From Alphaproteobacteria bacterium (GTDB lineage: Bacteria; Pseudomonadota; Alphaproteobacteria; RF32; CAG-239): DNA of 64,000 nucleotides. Location: positions 117-64,116 of the forward strand of contig JAFTII010000020.1 in assembly GCA_017457005.1 (NCBI GenBank), in the 5' to 3' direction. Every line of letters starts with the position of its first letter. Positions within the stretch are counted from its first letter, which is position 1. Below the pieces are notes generated by a model. That model was not told the DNA's origin and ran no database searches. It worked only from the letters and a program-made list of their open reading frames with translations. The position numbers and the translations under genes were made by a program. This document shows, piece by piece, positions 54,001 to 62,938 of the stretch.

Positions 54001-55270
54001 TGCAACAGCTTCTGATGTTGTTAACGATGCAGGCGGTAGTTCTAACAATGCCGGCACAGCGGAAGCTTGGGATGCGGTTGTTGCTGATCCAACCGTTAGT
54101 GAAACAACGAAAGAAGTAGCTAACGTATTAAGTGAACTTTCTAAAGCAGCTACAACAAATGAAGGTAAAAAGGCATACGTTGATGCTTTGACTGCTATTG
54201 CTCCGGATGCTGCTCCATCAGTACAACAAACTCAATCAGAAACCGCCAACCAAGTATTTGGAGCTGTCGGTTCTCGTTTAAGTGGAGGTTCTGTATCTCA
54301 GAGCGGTGGCGGAAAAGGCATCTCATCTAATGCCGGAAATAGCCGAGGAATGAGCGGAACACGTGGCGGACATAACGGAAATCGCGGCAGACATGATGGC
54401 GGTCGTGGCGGAAAAGGCGGACACGGCAGAGGACATGGTCGCGGAATGTCTTCCGGAGATAATGTATTCTCACAAATCGCTGTATGGATGCAAGGGTTGT
54501 TCAACAAAGCTGAGTTAGACGATACCGCAAAATCTAAAGGTTTTGACTCTGAAACCAGCGGAGTTGCTTTGGGTATAGAGAAGTTTGTATCTGAAGATGC
54601 TAAATTAGGTATCGGTTATGCTTATAATCATACTGATGTTGATGGCTTTATGCGTAGTACCGATGTTGATACACATACTGCTATTGCGTATGGCGAATAT
54701 AAACCGTCTAACTGGTTTGTAAATGCCGTTGCAACCTATGGATGGTCTGATTATGAAGAAAATAAAAATGTTGCCGGATCAACCGTAAAAGCTAAATACG
54801 ATGCTGAAAGTTTCGGCTTGCAAGCAATGACCGGATATGAGTTTGATGTAAACGGTTATAGCATTACTCCGGAAACCGGATTGCGCTATGTTCATATCAA
54901 ACAAGACGGTTATAAAGATACCGCAGACCAAAAAGTGTCCGGTGGTCAAAGTGATATTTTAACCGGTGTAATCGGTGCTAAATTAGCTAAAAGCTGGGAA
55001 CTTGATAATGGCATGAATTTACGTCCGGAATTGAGAGTAGCAGCTACTTATGATTTGGTAAATGATGATGCCGGATCAGTAGTAACTTTGGCTAACGGAT
55101 CTGCTTATAACGTAAGCGGCGAAGCCTTAGATGAATTCGGAATGGAATTTGGTGCAGGATTAACTGCTGAAGTAAATGATAATTGGGAATTGTCTTTAGG
55201 TTATGAAGGCAAATTCAAAAAAGATTATCAAGATCATTCCGGCTTGATAAATGCTAAATATAAATTCTAA
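51089..55270 (+). CDS. autotransporter (type Va) with beta-helical repeat passenger
   Basis: Signal peptide MKKTLLMTTALVAVISATDAYS. Repeated GG.IN(L/I)(T/S) passenger units. C-terminal beta-barrel ending ...GLINAKYKF. Start set at the Met with an AGGAAG RBS. Confidence 0.9.
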   Translation: MKKTLLMTTALVAVISATDAYSATLNGEQPEDFIINVKRGENLEISNAYSANSNQEILWSNSVSVEEGGTLTLTETNLKSNNSENSVNINGTLIAINSILEAGNDNENDLTLANANIQGANVTLNGSDLEATKNINIADSTLNIMSNNNSYEENGIWAAEDLTIKNSNTELSQGSYLAASGNINIDSNINLDDGSSIYHISDGQTDELNITGGNINLTNYSGIYASGQNEQYNTKGASLNITGGKITATDGSEQEITLTNTSDLNIGGTAEITMNIDKIDDHNGGILHEGKSGNINISGGKITLSGNGAKIERGGYDGDWIYSTNGEPLIGDIDNYVDGKGWEIADAKGNTIAFLGDDSKIYDATGTKELGTYSSWNDVASVLLPDTEFDKDSFHISTGDINISGGEISLSNGAHISTTHKNSGDLNLKSGSLKLSGNAFVKLNNSDAKFNISGGEYKATDSDATTKGDIFISKGIITNQNSDLETFQTLHISDGTFNLSESSDLTALKGIEVTGGTINVDDGEIWSLGDINLKGGNINLTNTASINNLYENTDEIFGEITKPTKAGNISLNGAKVKVTNNSYLVSEGNIDLSGADLTMENSTLQSAGDLVFDTNGKYNIAHTDITSENGSITIKNGTFTTPEFSAPNGDVTLEGGSISEVNATLEQREPDEEIGIQNVNLNGGTFTHTNVISDGFKNLNINGGTVNLTNTEMNAWSGNVTISGGEVNLKSEGDIETGLYARKEFNVTGGTINMNGGNTIIDNINDHNKDAYPAYDLNINGGTINVNAGNGEISSSKNVNFNSGTINIAEGATLGIYGGNEKAETTALLGADGIFNIKGTLDTNIKGNGTVNFNSNNANIAGDVNMTSGGIMNVGLNKATIGGDAVFNSGSKLSLEIADADKYGSLSANSITAQDGAKLALNITKQMAVDEEISGLKLLDAATIDNKFTNELSNARYEVSNDQGTYTIKYVATASDVVNDAGGSSNNAGTAEAWDAVVADPTVSETTKEVANVLSELSKAATTNEGKKAYVDALTAIAPDAAPSVQQTQSETANQVFGAVGSRLSGGSVSQSGGGKGISSNAGNSRGMSGTRGGHNGNRGRHDGGRGGKGGHGRGHGRGMSSGDNVFSQIAVWMQGLFNKAELDDTAKSKGFDSETSGVALGIEKFVSEDAKLGIGYAYNHTDVDGFMRSTDVDTHTAIAYGEYKPSNWFVNAVATYGWSDYEENKNVAGSTVKAKYDAESFGLQAMTGYEFDVNGYSITPETGLRYVHIKQDGYKDTADQKVSGGQSDILTGVIGAKLAKSWELDNGMNLRPELRVAATYDLVNDDAGSVVTLANGSAYNVSGEALDEFGMEFGAGLTAEVNDNWELSLGYEGKFKKDYQDHSGLINAKYKF

Positions 55271-55290
55271 TATTTGGTAATTTGAATAAA

Positions 55291-55329
55291 TACCCTGTAA
55301 CTGACCGGTTACAGGGTATTTTCTTTTTT
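55291..55329 (+). terminator. intrinsic terminator after the autotransporter
   Basis: 11-bp stem taccctgtaac/gttacagggta, then a T-rich run. Confidence 0.75.
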
Positions 55330-55388
55330 GGGGTTCAAATCCCTCTAGTAGTATTTATATACAAAAATGGTGCCGGTTAAGGGATTTG
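55330..55388. repeat. 59-bp direct repeat, copy A (contains 21 nt of the tRNA-Thr 3' end)
   Basis: 58/59 identical to 55560-55618. Confidence 0.85.
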
Positions 55389-55510
55389 TTATCTTGCTCA
55401 TAAGCTCTGCTTTCAGCATTCGCTAACTCGCTTCGGTCACCGCCTTAGTAACGCTTGTTTCGCTTTGTTATCACTAGCTCACAAGCTAACAAAAGCGTAA
55501 CCTACGTTGA

Positions 55511-55537
55511 AAAAAGCCAAGTACTTTTGGCTTTTTT
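55511..55537 (+). terminator. hairpin plus T-run inside the inter-repeat segment
   Basis: aaaagccaa/ttggctttt, then TTTT. Confidence 0.5.
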
Positions 55538-55559
55538 CTTCCTCGCCGACCGCTGGTCG

Positions 55560-55597
55560 GGGGTTCAAATCCCTCTAGTAATATTTATATACAAAAA

Positions 55598-55618
<21 letters not shown>
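55560..55618. repeat. 59-bp direct repeat, copy B (overlaps the real tRNA-Thr 3' end)
   Basis: ggggttcaaatccctctagtaatatttatatacaaaaatggtgccggttaagggatttg. Confidence 0.85.
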
Positions 55619-55673
<55 letters not shown>

Positions 55674-55701
55674 ACACAAAGTCTTTTTACAATATCAAAA
55701 T

Positions 55702-57018
55702 CTATTTTTCAAGACTTTTTACAATTTTTATAAAATGTTCGCCTCGTTCCATAAAGTTTTTATAATAACCAAAACTTGGCGCTGTCGGAGAAAACAAAAC
55801 TAACTTACCATTAATCTTACCTAATTCTTCATAAGCAAGTTTCACACCTTCTTCTAAACTGCTTGCCTCTATCAATTTAAAATCAGGACGTTTTACAAAA
55901 CGGCGAATTGTATCTGCAATTTGCGGACCACACTGAAATAATGTTACAACAACTTTAACTTTAGGATTATGGTTAATAAATTCGGCATATTGCTGATAAT
56001 CTTGATGATTCTCTATTCCGCCGGATATAATGGCCATATCATCATCAAAGCTTTGCATGCCTCCGATTGCTGCTTCCGGAGCGGTGGAAATGCTATCATT
56101 AACAAATAAAATGCCGTTAACCGTACCAACTTTTTGTAAGCGGTGTGGCAACGGTTCAAAATCAGCTAAAGTTTTAAGGGCTGCTCTAAAATCAATATCT
56201 AACGATTTGATTATACAAGCTACTCCGGCGAGATTATCCATATTATGATTACCGCTGATTTTAAGCTCATCTATGCTTAATAGTTTTTCTTCCTTCCAAA
56301 AAAGTTCTTTCCCTTCAGCATAAAAACCGTTTGCATCTCCATAATAAATTATGTTATGGCAAGACTTACAATAATCACGAAGCTGGGCATTATTTGCATT
56401 TACAATACAAATATCATCTCCATGTTGATTAGCGGATAAATGAATTTTATCCATGCAATAATTATTATGTCCGCCATGCCAATCCGTATGAACAGAAAAT
56501 AAGTTAGTAAACATAACAATATGCGGAGAATTTGTTAAATCACTTGCCTGATAGCTGGAAAACTCACAAATAATATAGTCGTAACTTCCATCTATCAATT
56601 CTATCAAAGGCTTGCCGATATTTCCCCCCAGCGCAACATTATACCCTAACTTATGCAGCATGTGATACAACATACTTACGCTGGTACTTTTTCCTTTGGA
56701 GCCACTAATACCAATAACTTTAGTTTGCGGATGATTGTTTCTTATCTCGCTTAAAAATATATCTGAGCATGAAGTAATCTTAATACCGGCAGAACGGGCT
56801 TGTTTAATTTCCGGCTTATAAATACTAACTCCCGGAGAACGAATAATAACATCAGTTTGTGCTAAAATATCCGCCAGTTTATGAGAATCAGTTTCATCAT
56901 TATAAGTAATAATATTATCGGTAATTTTATGTGTTTCCAGATATTCTTTAGCAGATCTTCCCTCAGCTCCCATTCCCCAAATCATAATATTTTTATTTTG
57001 CAATTCATTAATCAGCAT
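55702..57018 (-). CDS. murD: Mur ligase, most like UDP-N-acetylmuramoylalanine--D-glutamate ligase
   Basis: N-terminal Rossmann-like IMIWGMGAEGRS, P-loop VIGISGSKGKST, about 438 aa. Start set at MLINELQ, which removes most of the overlap with the upstream channel gene. Confidence 0.75.
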   Translation of the reverse strand: MLINELQNKNIMIWGMGAEGRSAKEYLETHKITDNIITYNDETDSHKLADILAQTDVIIRSPGVSIYKPEIKQARSAGIKITSCSDIFLSEIRNNHPQTKVIGISGSKGKSTSVSMLYHMLHKLGYNVALGGNIGKPLIELIDGSYDYIICEFSSYQASDLTNSPHIVMFTNLFSVHTDWHGGHNNYCMDKIHLSANQHGDDICIVNANNAQLRDYCKSCHNIIYYGDANGFYAEGKELFWKEEKLLSIDELKISGNHNMDNLAGVACIIKSLDIDFRAALKTLADFEPLPHRLQKVGTVNGILFVNDSISTAPEAAIGGMQSFDDDMAIISGGIENHQDYQQYAEFINHNPKVKVVVTLFQCGPQIADTIRRFVKRPDFKLIEASSLEEGVKLAYEELGKINGKLVLFSPTAPSFGYYKNFMERGEHFIKIVKSLEK

Positions 57019-59443
57019 TTTTTTTACCTTTCCTTTTGGAAGCATAGAACATATCCACGGTTTCTCCGGCAACCTGACTACCGGTATGAACAACAATTTG
57101 TTGGAATGGGATTTCTATTCCCTCCTCCGCAAAACGCTTATTTATCTCAAACCGCAAATCACTGGGGATAGTCCAGCCGCTCCAAATATCATTAGTATAG
57201 CAACGTAGCTCAAAATCTAAGCTGCTGGCACCAAAATCTTTAAAAATAACATAAGGCTCAGGTTTACGTAAGACTTTTTTATGATTACGCGCACATTCTA
57301 ATAATATATCTCTAACCTTTTCAGTATCACAACCATAAGCGACACCAACACTTACTGCTTGACGCGACCAATTGTTGCCATGAGTAAGATTGGTTACAGT
57401 AGTAGATAATAAATCGGCATTAGGAATAATTAAGCTGGATTTTTTGAAAGTTTCCATTTCAGTTGAGCGAATATTAATTTGTTTAATACGTCCTTCTTCG
57501 CCATTAATAATTACCCAATCTCCTACTTTTACCGGACGCTCAAATAGTAAGATTATACCTGAAACAAAATTATTAACTACATTTTGCAAACCTAAACCAA
57601 TACCAACAGATAAAGCACCGGCGACCAATGCTAAACTGGTTAAATTTCCGCCCATAATTATAATGGCAATAAGTGCAGATGCTACGTATCCTATAGAAGA
57701 AAAACCGGCAGCAAGTGAATGTCTTGTTCCTTCTTCCATCTCAATACGAGAGAGTAATCCGTTTTCCAATTTTTGACGAAGATATTTTACTAAACCGATT
57801 AAAATAAAAAATGCAAGAATACCAAAAATAATGGAAAGTAATGATATTTTGATGTCTCCGATCATAAATCCGGTAAATAATCTATATACAACTTTATATA
57901 ATACTTCGGTCGGAACTCCCCAGATGGCAAGGAAAATAAACATACCGCTAATTACCAACAACGGGTCAATAAAAAATCCAAACCAAAAATCTAAACGACG
58001 TATTATTCCTCGTCTTACCCGAAAAGTTTTGAACCAAAATTTAAAAAATAATACTCTATGTAAAGCTTCTTTGACAAATTTTCTGATACCTATAAAGACC
58101 AGACCCAAAACTATAGACATTATGATTCTGTCACTAATAAACGAAGCCAAATATGGATAGCCAAACAGTGAAAGACCTAAAATACTTATGGCAACCAGTA
58201 CAGAAATAAAACTCACTTTTAATGAAAAATTATTCTCTTCATCTTCTATAATTTCGGATTCACTTTCTGTAATCTCATCGCTTGTATTGACTGGAGCATC
58301 ATCCCACAGCAGGCAGTGTAAAACCCAAACTATACAAAAAGCTTTGAGTGTAGCTCCAATACCTAACATTAGAGACATTAACTCTATAGGATAATTTAGG
58401 ATCTCAACAACTTTCGTCAAAAATGATATGATTCCTATCATAAATACAGAAAGGTATAAGGCTAATGTAACTTTTTTGGCTTTATAAGTAGAAATGTTTA
58501 TCAGGCGCCAGCGCTCATTATAAGGAGTAAATATTACTCTACAGCTTGCTTTTACGATAATGATAAATAAAGAATAATACAAAAAGCTACTTAGTATTTT
58601 ACCAAAGTCATTATTTAATAAAAATTCACTATTTATTACCCAAAAAAGCAAGAAACCGATGATAAGAACCGGGATTACTCCATAAGCACACCACACCAAA
58701 AATGCAGCTATCAACTTGCGACCGAAACGCGGGTGTTCAATATCCGGCAGATAGCCATACTTACGCATTATGACTCTGCGTAAACCCCAACCAATCAAAG
58801 TCAAAAGAACTGCCGAAAATATGATTGTCATTAAACGATATTTTACGGCTTGTTCGCTATGGTCAGAAAGTTGTTGATACCAATTTAACGGAGATGTAAT
58901 AACATCTGCCACCAGACCGAATAACATTTTAACCGAAGAGTACAAAACTTGCGGATAAATTAAAGGTTCACTAATTTCCAATAAATTTCCCCATAACTCC
59001 TGGTGACGCAAATTAAATATTTGGAGTTCAATTTCTTCAATTCGGGCAAGCAACAAATCTGCTTCAGACAAACGAGCACGCTCCTGAGCTAATTCTTGAT
59101 TAAATTCTTTTCTTTTTTGCGCAATCAACGCAATCTCATTACCGTCTTCGGGTGCTACTCCTAAGGCTTCAAGTCTTTTTTCTACTTGCTGAATGGATTT
59201 TTCTATGTCTTGTCGGCTTCCTTCCAACTTTATGCGAGTTTCACGCAGATATAAAACATCATCATTAAGTTGTTTATGATTAACATTACGGTTCTGAATA
59301 TTTTTATCAACTTTATTCAGTCTTTCGTTAATATCATTATATTTTAAGTCGGCACTGATTGCGTTAACGATATTTTCCGCATAAACATTTGCCGAACTAA
59401 ATACAAGGTTCAAAAACACAAATAAAATTCCGACAATTCTCAT
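57008..59443 (-). CDS. large mechanosensitive channel (MscK/MscM-type, MscS core)
   Basis: Signal peptide, periplasmic coiled-coil region, about 10 TM helices, and an MscS core GLGLQNVVNNFVSGIILLFERPVKVGDWV. Confidence 0.85.
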   Translation of the reverse strand: MRIVGILFVFLNLVFSSANVYAENIVNAISADLKYNDINERLNKVDKNIQNRNVNHKQLNDDVLYLRETRIKLEGSRQDIEKSIQQVEKRLEALGVAPEDGNEIALIAQKRKEFNQELAQERARLSEADLLLARIEEIELQIFNLRHQELWGNLLEISEPLIYPQVLYSSVKMLFGLVADVITSPLNWYQQLSDHSEQAVKYRLMTIIFSAVLLTLIGWGLRRVIMRKYGYLPDIEHPRFGRKLIAAFLVWCAYGVIPVLIIGFLLFWVINSEFLLNNDFGKILSSFLYYSLFIIIVKASCRVIFTPYNERWRLINISTYKAKKVTLALYLSVFMIGIISFLTKVVEILNYPIELMSLMLGIGATLKAFCIVWVLHCLLWDDAPVNTSDEITESESEIIEDEENNFSLKVSFISVLVAISILGLSLFGYPYLASFISDRIIMSIVLGLVFIGIRKFVKEALHRVLFFKFWFKTFRVRRGIIRRLDFWFGFFIDPLLVISGMFIFLAIWGVPTEVLYKVVYRLFTGFMIGDIKISLLSIIFGILAFFILIGLVKYLRQKLENGLLSRIEMEEGTRHSLAAGFSSIGYVASALIAIIIMGGNLTSLALVAGALSVGIGLGLQNVVNNFVSGIILLFERPVKVGDWVIINGEEGRIKQINIRSTEMETFKKSSLIIPNADLLSTTVTNLTHGNNWSRQAVSVGVAYGCDTEKVRDILLECARNHKKVLRKPEPYVIFKDFGASSLDFELRCYTNDIWSGWTIPSDLRFEINKRFAEEGIEIPFQQIVVHTGSQVAGETVDMFYASKRKGKKNAD

Positions 59444-59465
59444 AGTCGCATCTCCTATTTTGCGG

Positions 59466-60449
59466 TTATTTCCACAGTTTAATGATGTTTACAATATTGA
59501 TAGCAGATACTCTTAAATTATCGGCCACACACCATAAACTGATACCGTTTTCAACACTACTATCTTGTCGCAAACGACTAATATAAACATTGTCTTCGCC
59601 TTGGACATCGGTAAGAGTTACATAACCGCCATCAGTTTGTTTATCAAAAACAACTATACCTTTAGTTTTTTGGAGCAATGACTTTGCTTCATCAACATCA
59701 AACTCTTTTTGGGTTTCTATATTGATATATTGAGCTTGTCCTAAAAAGGCAGGAATAATCGCACAATTAGCATGAGATTTTATGTTACCGCCAAAAACTT
59801 GTTTCACTTCCGTATTGAAGGCCCATTCAACGGAAGTTTCTTCTCCGATAAAGTCTCCGATATGCGGAATAACATTAAATGCAATTTGTTTATGAAAAAC
59901 TGATTGATCATCAGCTAAGGTATCATTCATAAAAATCTTACGAGTTTGATTAAACAACTCATCCATTCCGGCACGACCGTAAAAATTTGTTGAAGCATAA
60001 ACCGAAGCAACAACTCTTGTTATCTGATATTGTTTATGAATATTTTGCAAAGCCTGTAATAACGGCATAACCTCTGCCGAAGGAACAGAAACTACATCAG
60101 AAATTTTATCATTATTAAAACCTGACAATATCATCGGAATGTCAGGATTAGAAAGCATAGCTCCTGATGCATCAATAATCTTCACGCCATTTTTTTGTGC
60201 AATCGGAATATATTTTTTTGCCAATTCGGTCGTGGTGGCAAAAATCGCAACCTGAACAGAGTTAAAATCAAATTTATCTAAACTTAAAATATCTAAATCA
60301 GCATCTTCACCAAAGGAAATCATATTTCCCATTACCGAGCGTGGAGCTACTGCAAAAACATCTTGTGGCCGACATCCTTGCTCTGCTAACAAATTAATAA
60401 CCTCTCGTCCTAATCCTTCTTCTACACCGATAACTGCAATTTTACGCAT
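59466..60449 (-). CDS. aspartate-semialdehyde dehydrogenase-like protein lacking the catalytic residues
   Basis: Colinear with the ~340-aa Asd type (KQIAFNVIPHIGDF, SRLRQD....ISLWCVADNL). The NPNCST block reads VPSAEV and the GHS block reads LGQAQ. Confidence 0.75.
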   Translation of the reverse strand: MRKIAVIGVEEGLGREVINLLAEQGCRPQDVFAVAPRSVMGNMISFGEDADLDILSLDKFDFNSVQVAIFATTTELAKKYIPIAQKNGVKIIDASGAMLSNPDIPMILSGFNNDKISDVVSVPSAEVMPLLQALQNIHKQYQITRVVASVYASTNFYGRAGMDELFNQTRKIFMNDTLADDQSVFHKQIAFNVIPHIGDFIGEETSVEWAFNTEVKQVFGGNIKSHANCAIIPAFLGQAQYINIETQKEFDVDEAKSLLQKTKGIVVFDKQTDGGYVTLTDVQGEDNVYISRLRQDSSVENGISLWCVADNLRVSAINIVNIIKLWK

Positions 60450-60543
60450 AAAAAAATCCTTTTCAAAATTAAAAAATTAATTGTATGCATAATATCATCA
60501 TTATCACTAAAAAGACAAGTGTCATCAGATGATAGGGGATAAA

Positions 60544-61437
60544 TTAGCGTATCTTAAATAAGGTAATCAAGTTAAAGAGTTTTATCTTTAACCTGTTATA
60601 TACAGGCTTTATTTTTAACAAGGGCAATTTTATTCCCGATATATAAATCCACCCTTTTTGAGTGTTATATTCAAAAAGGCGGATAAAACTAAACAAATAT
60701 ATGCGGCGAATAAGAAACAAATCTTCTTTTATGCTTTGCTCTTTAGAACGCAAATGTTTAGCTTTTAGCCAAGCATTTATTTCAGGCTTGCTCCAAGATT
60801 CTTTCCACCAATGAATGGTATGACTTTCTGCTGTTAAGCAGCTATCGGAATATTTGACATGATACTCATAAGGATAAAACCATTTTTCCGGAAAAATCGT
60901 TATGTCAGATAAACGTATAATTTTATCATTTTTGCTTAGCTTACAATTATAATATTTTTCCAAAACCCAAGTGGCAATTTTGGGGATGGTATAAATCGGG
61001 TGTGTCCAAATATCTTCGGAATAAAAATCCAATACGTGTTTAATAAAAGCATTGTTTTTACGGCAACCGATTACCGCCAAATTAACACAATCAGAACTTT
61101 CCTTTCCGATAAATGCCGGTTCTGATAATATATCATCAAAACTTTGCTGAATACTGATATCTGTATCCAAATAAATTCCGCCATGTTGATACAAAACCTT
61201 ACAACGAATATAATCCGCTGCATAAGCCCACATCTTTTTTTCATAAACCGTCTTGAACCATAAATTATCTTTTAGCTCATTTGCAAAATCAAAATACTGC
61301 TTTGATGTTTCATTTATTTCTACAATCTCATAGTCAGGCAGTTGCTGTTTCCACTGGTGGATTGCTTGCAACACATCTGCCGGAGCAGAAGACCCCAGCC
61401 AAACATAAAAAATTCGCTTTGGTATGTAATCAGACAT
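60544..61437 (-). CDS. glycosyltransferase with DXD sugar-binding region (GT32-like)
   Basis: IPKRIFYVWLG, ADYIRCKVLYQHGGIYLDTDI. Confidence 0.75.
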   Translation of the reverse strand: MSDYIPKRIFYVWLGSSAPADVLQAIHQWKQQLPDYEIVEINETSKQYFDFANELKDNLWFKTVYEKKMWAYAADYIRCKVLYQHGGIYLDTDISIQQSFDDILSEPAFIGKESSDCVNLAVIGCRKNNAFIKHVLDFYSEDIWTHPIYTIPKIATWVLEKYYNCKLSKNDKIIRLSDITIFPEKWFYPYEYHVKYSDSCLTAESHTIHWWKESWSKPEINAWLKAKHLRSKEQSIKEDLFLIRRIYLFSFIRLFEYNTQKGWIYISGIKLPLLKIKPVYNRLKIKLFNLITLFKIR

Positions 61438-61597
61438 TTTGTAATCTCCTCTGTTTTCTAGTTTAACGATATATAAACCATAAATACAACGAATAATTGC
61501 AACATATCAACAAAATTATCTAAGCTTAAACCTTGACAATATATGCCTTTTTAGTATTTAATAATGGCTCTGATTAACAGTTTTTAAGGAAAAATAA

Positions 61598-62899
61598 ATG
61601 ACAGCTCGTACATTGCAAGGATTTATGGAACTTTTGCCGGAAGAACAAATTGTTATGGAAAAAATGAAGTCCGTTATTGCTCATACCTACGAGTTGTTTG
61701 GTTTTGCGCCCTTAGATACTCCGGTTTTGGAACTGGCGGAAGTATTGTTATCTAAATCCGGCGGAGATACCGAAAAACAAATCTATGAGTTCAAAAAAGG
61801 CGATACCAATTTAGCAATGCGTTTTGATTTAACCGTGCCTTTGGCTAAATATGTGGCATTGTATAATAATAACCTTACATTCCCGTTTAAGCGCTATCAA
61901 ATCGGGAAAGTGTATCGTGGAGAACGTCCGCAAAAAGGACGTTTTAGAGAATTTTATCAGTGTGATATTGATATTATTGATCGTGATGAGCTTAATATTG
62001 TTTATGATGCTGAAGTGTTAGCGGTTATATATACGGTATTTAATAAACTGGAATTGCCGGCATTCAAAATTTATATTAATAACCGAAAATTATTATCCGG
62101 ATTTTTGGAGAGTTTGGATATTGCGGATAAAACCGTTGATGTGTTGCGTTTGGTTGATAAAATCAAAAAAATTCCTGAAGAAGCATTTCTTGGCGAGCTT
62201 AATGATATGGGGTTACCTCAGGAGAAAAACCGCAAACTGCTTGAGTTCATAAAAATCAACGGATTAAACAACGAAATTATAGCAAAACTTGAAAATTTAA
62301 ATATCAGTAATGAAAATTTTGTATGCGGATTAGATGAACTAAAAACCGTAATTAATCAGGCTCACAACCTGGGAATTAATCCTAATAATATCCAAATTGA
62401 TTTGAGTATTACTCGTGGATTGGATTATTATACAGGTACGGTTTATGAGACATTTTTTGATGATTATCCGCAATTCGGATCGGTTTGTTCCGGCGGAAGA
62501 TATGACAATCTCTCCAGTGTATTTATGGATAAAAAATTCCCCGGGGTTGGAATCTCTATCGGTTTGACAAGATTATTTGACCAGCTTCGGGATAACGGAT
62601 TACTGAAAATTGCAGGTTCTACTCCTAACAAGGTTTTGATTATAACACAGAATCCTGATTTTGCGGATAAGGCGATTAATTTAGCCGGAGAATTACGACG
62701 TAATGATATTCCGGCAGATGTAATGTTGCGTAATTGCAAATTCAAAAAGAAAATGGAATACGCCAATAAGATAAAAATCCCCTACTTGGTTATTATCGGA
62801 GAAGAAGAAATCCAAAATAATACATATACCATCAAAGATATGAATAGCGGAGAGCAACATACTGTTACGATAGATGAATTATTAGGATTAATAAAATAA
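61598..62899 (+). CDS. hisS: histidine--tRNA ligase
   Basis: Class II motifs (FRYE-like KVYRGERPQKGRFREFYQCD, GGRYD, GVGISIGLTRL) and a C-terminal anticodon-binding domain. Confidence 0.95.
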   Translation: MTARTLQGFMELLPEEQIVMEKMKSVIAHTYELFGFAPLDTPVLELAEVLLSKSGGDTEKQIYEFKKGDTNLAMRFDLTVPLAKYVALYNNNLTFPFKRYQIGKVYRGERPQKGRFREFYQCDIDIIDRDELNIVYDAEVLAVIYTVFNKLELPAFKIYINNRKLLSGFLESLDIADKTVDVLRLVDKIKKIPEEAFLGELNDMGLPQEKNRKLLEFIKINGLNNEIIAKLENLNISNENFVCGLDELKTVINQAHNLGINPNNIQIDLSITRGLDYYTGTVYETFFDDYPQFGSVCSGGRYDNLSSVFMDKKFPGVGISIGLTRLFDQLRDNGLLKIAGSTPNKVLIITQNPDFADKAINLAGELRRNDIPADVMLRNCKFKKKMEYANKIKIPYLVIIGEEEIQNNTYTIKDMNSGEQHTVTIDELLGLIK

Positions 62900-62938
62900 T
62901 CATTCCCCCTCATAGAAAAATCTATGAGGGGTTGTTTT

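Noticed and set aside
51148-54507. Multiple 70-140-aa minus-strand ORFs, plus 53907-54119 (+), inside the autotransporter gene
   Set aside because: These are shadow ORFs of a long repetitive AT-rich gene, with no RBS or motifs. The P-rich ORF at 54298-54507 is simply the antisense of the Gly-rich linker.
55390-55500. Short word matches (ctcgct, ctcacaag, gtttcgct, aacgct) between the tRNA-Thr inter-repeat segment and the tmRNA intervening segment (15700-15770)
   Set aside because: The words are 6-8 nt long, occur in a different order, and could be chance in about 100 nt. This is not enough to claim a shared repeat family.
55553-55585. Possible plus-strand tRNA ending in the T-arm-like GGGGGTTCAAATCCCTC
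   Set aside because: Only a T-arm (a copy of the tRNA-Thr T-arm) is present. There is no matching acceptor 5' strand, D arm or anticodon arm upstream, and no CCA or discriminator context. It is treated as a tRNA fragment within the repeat.
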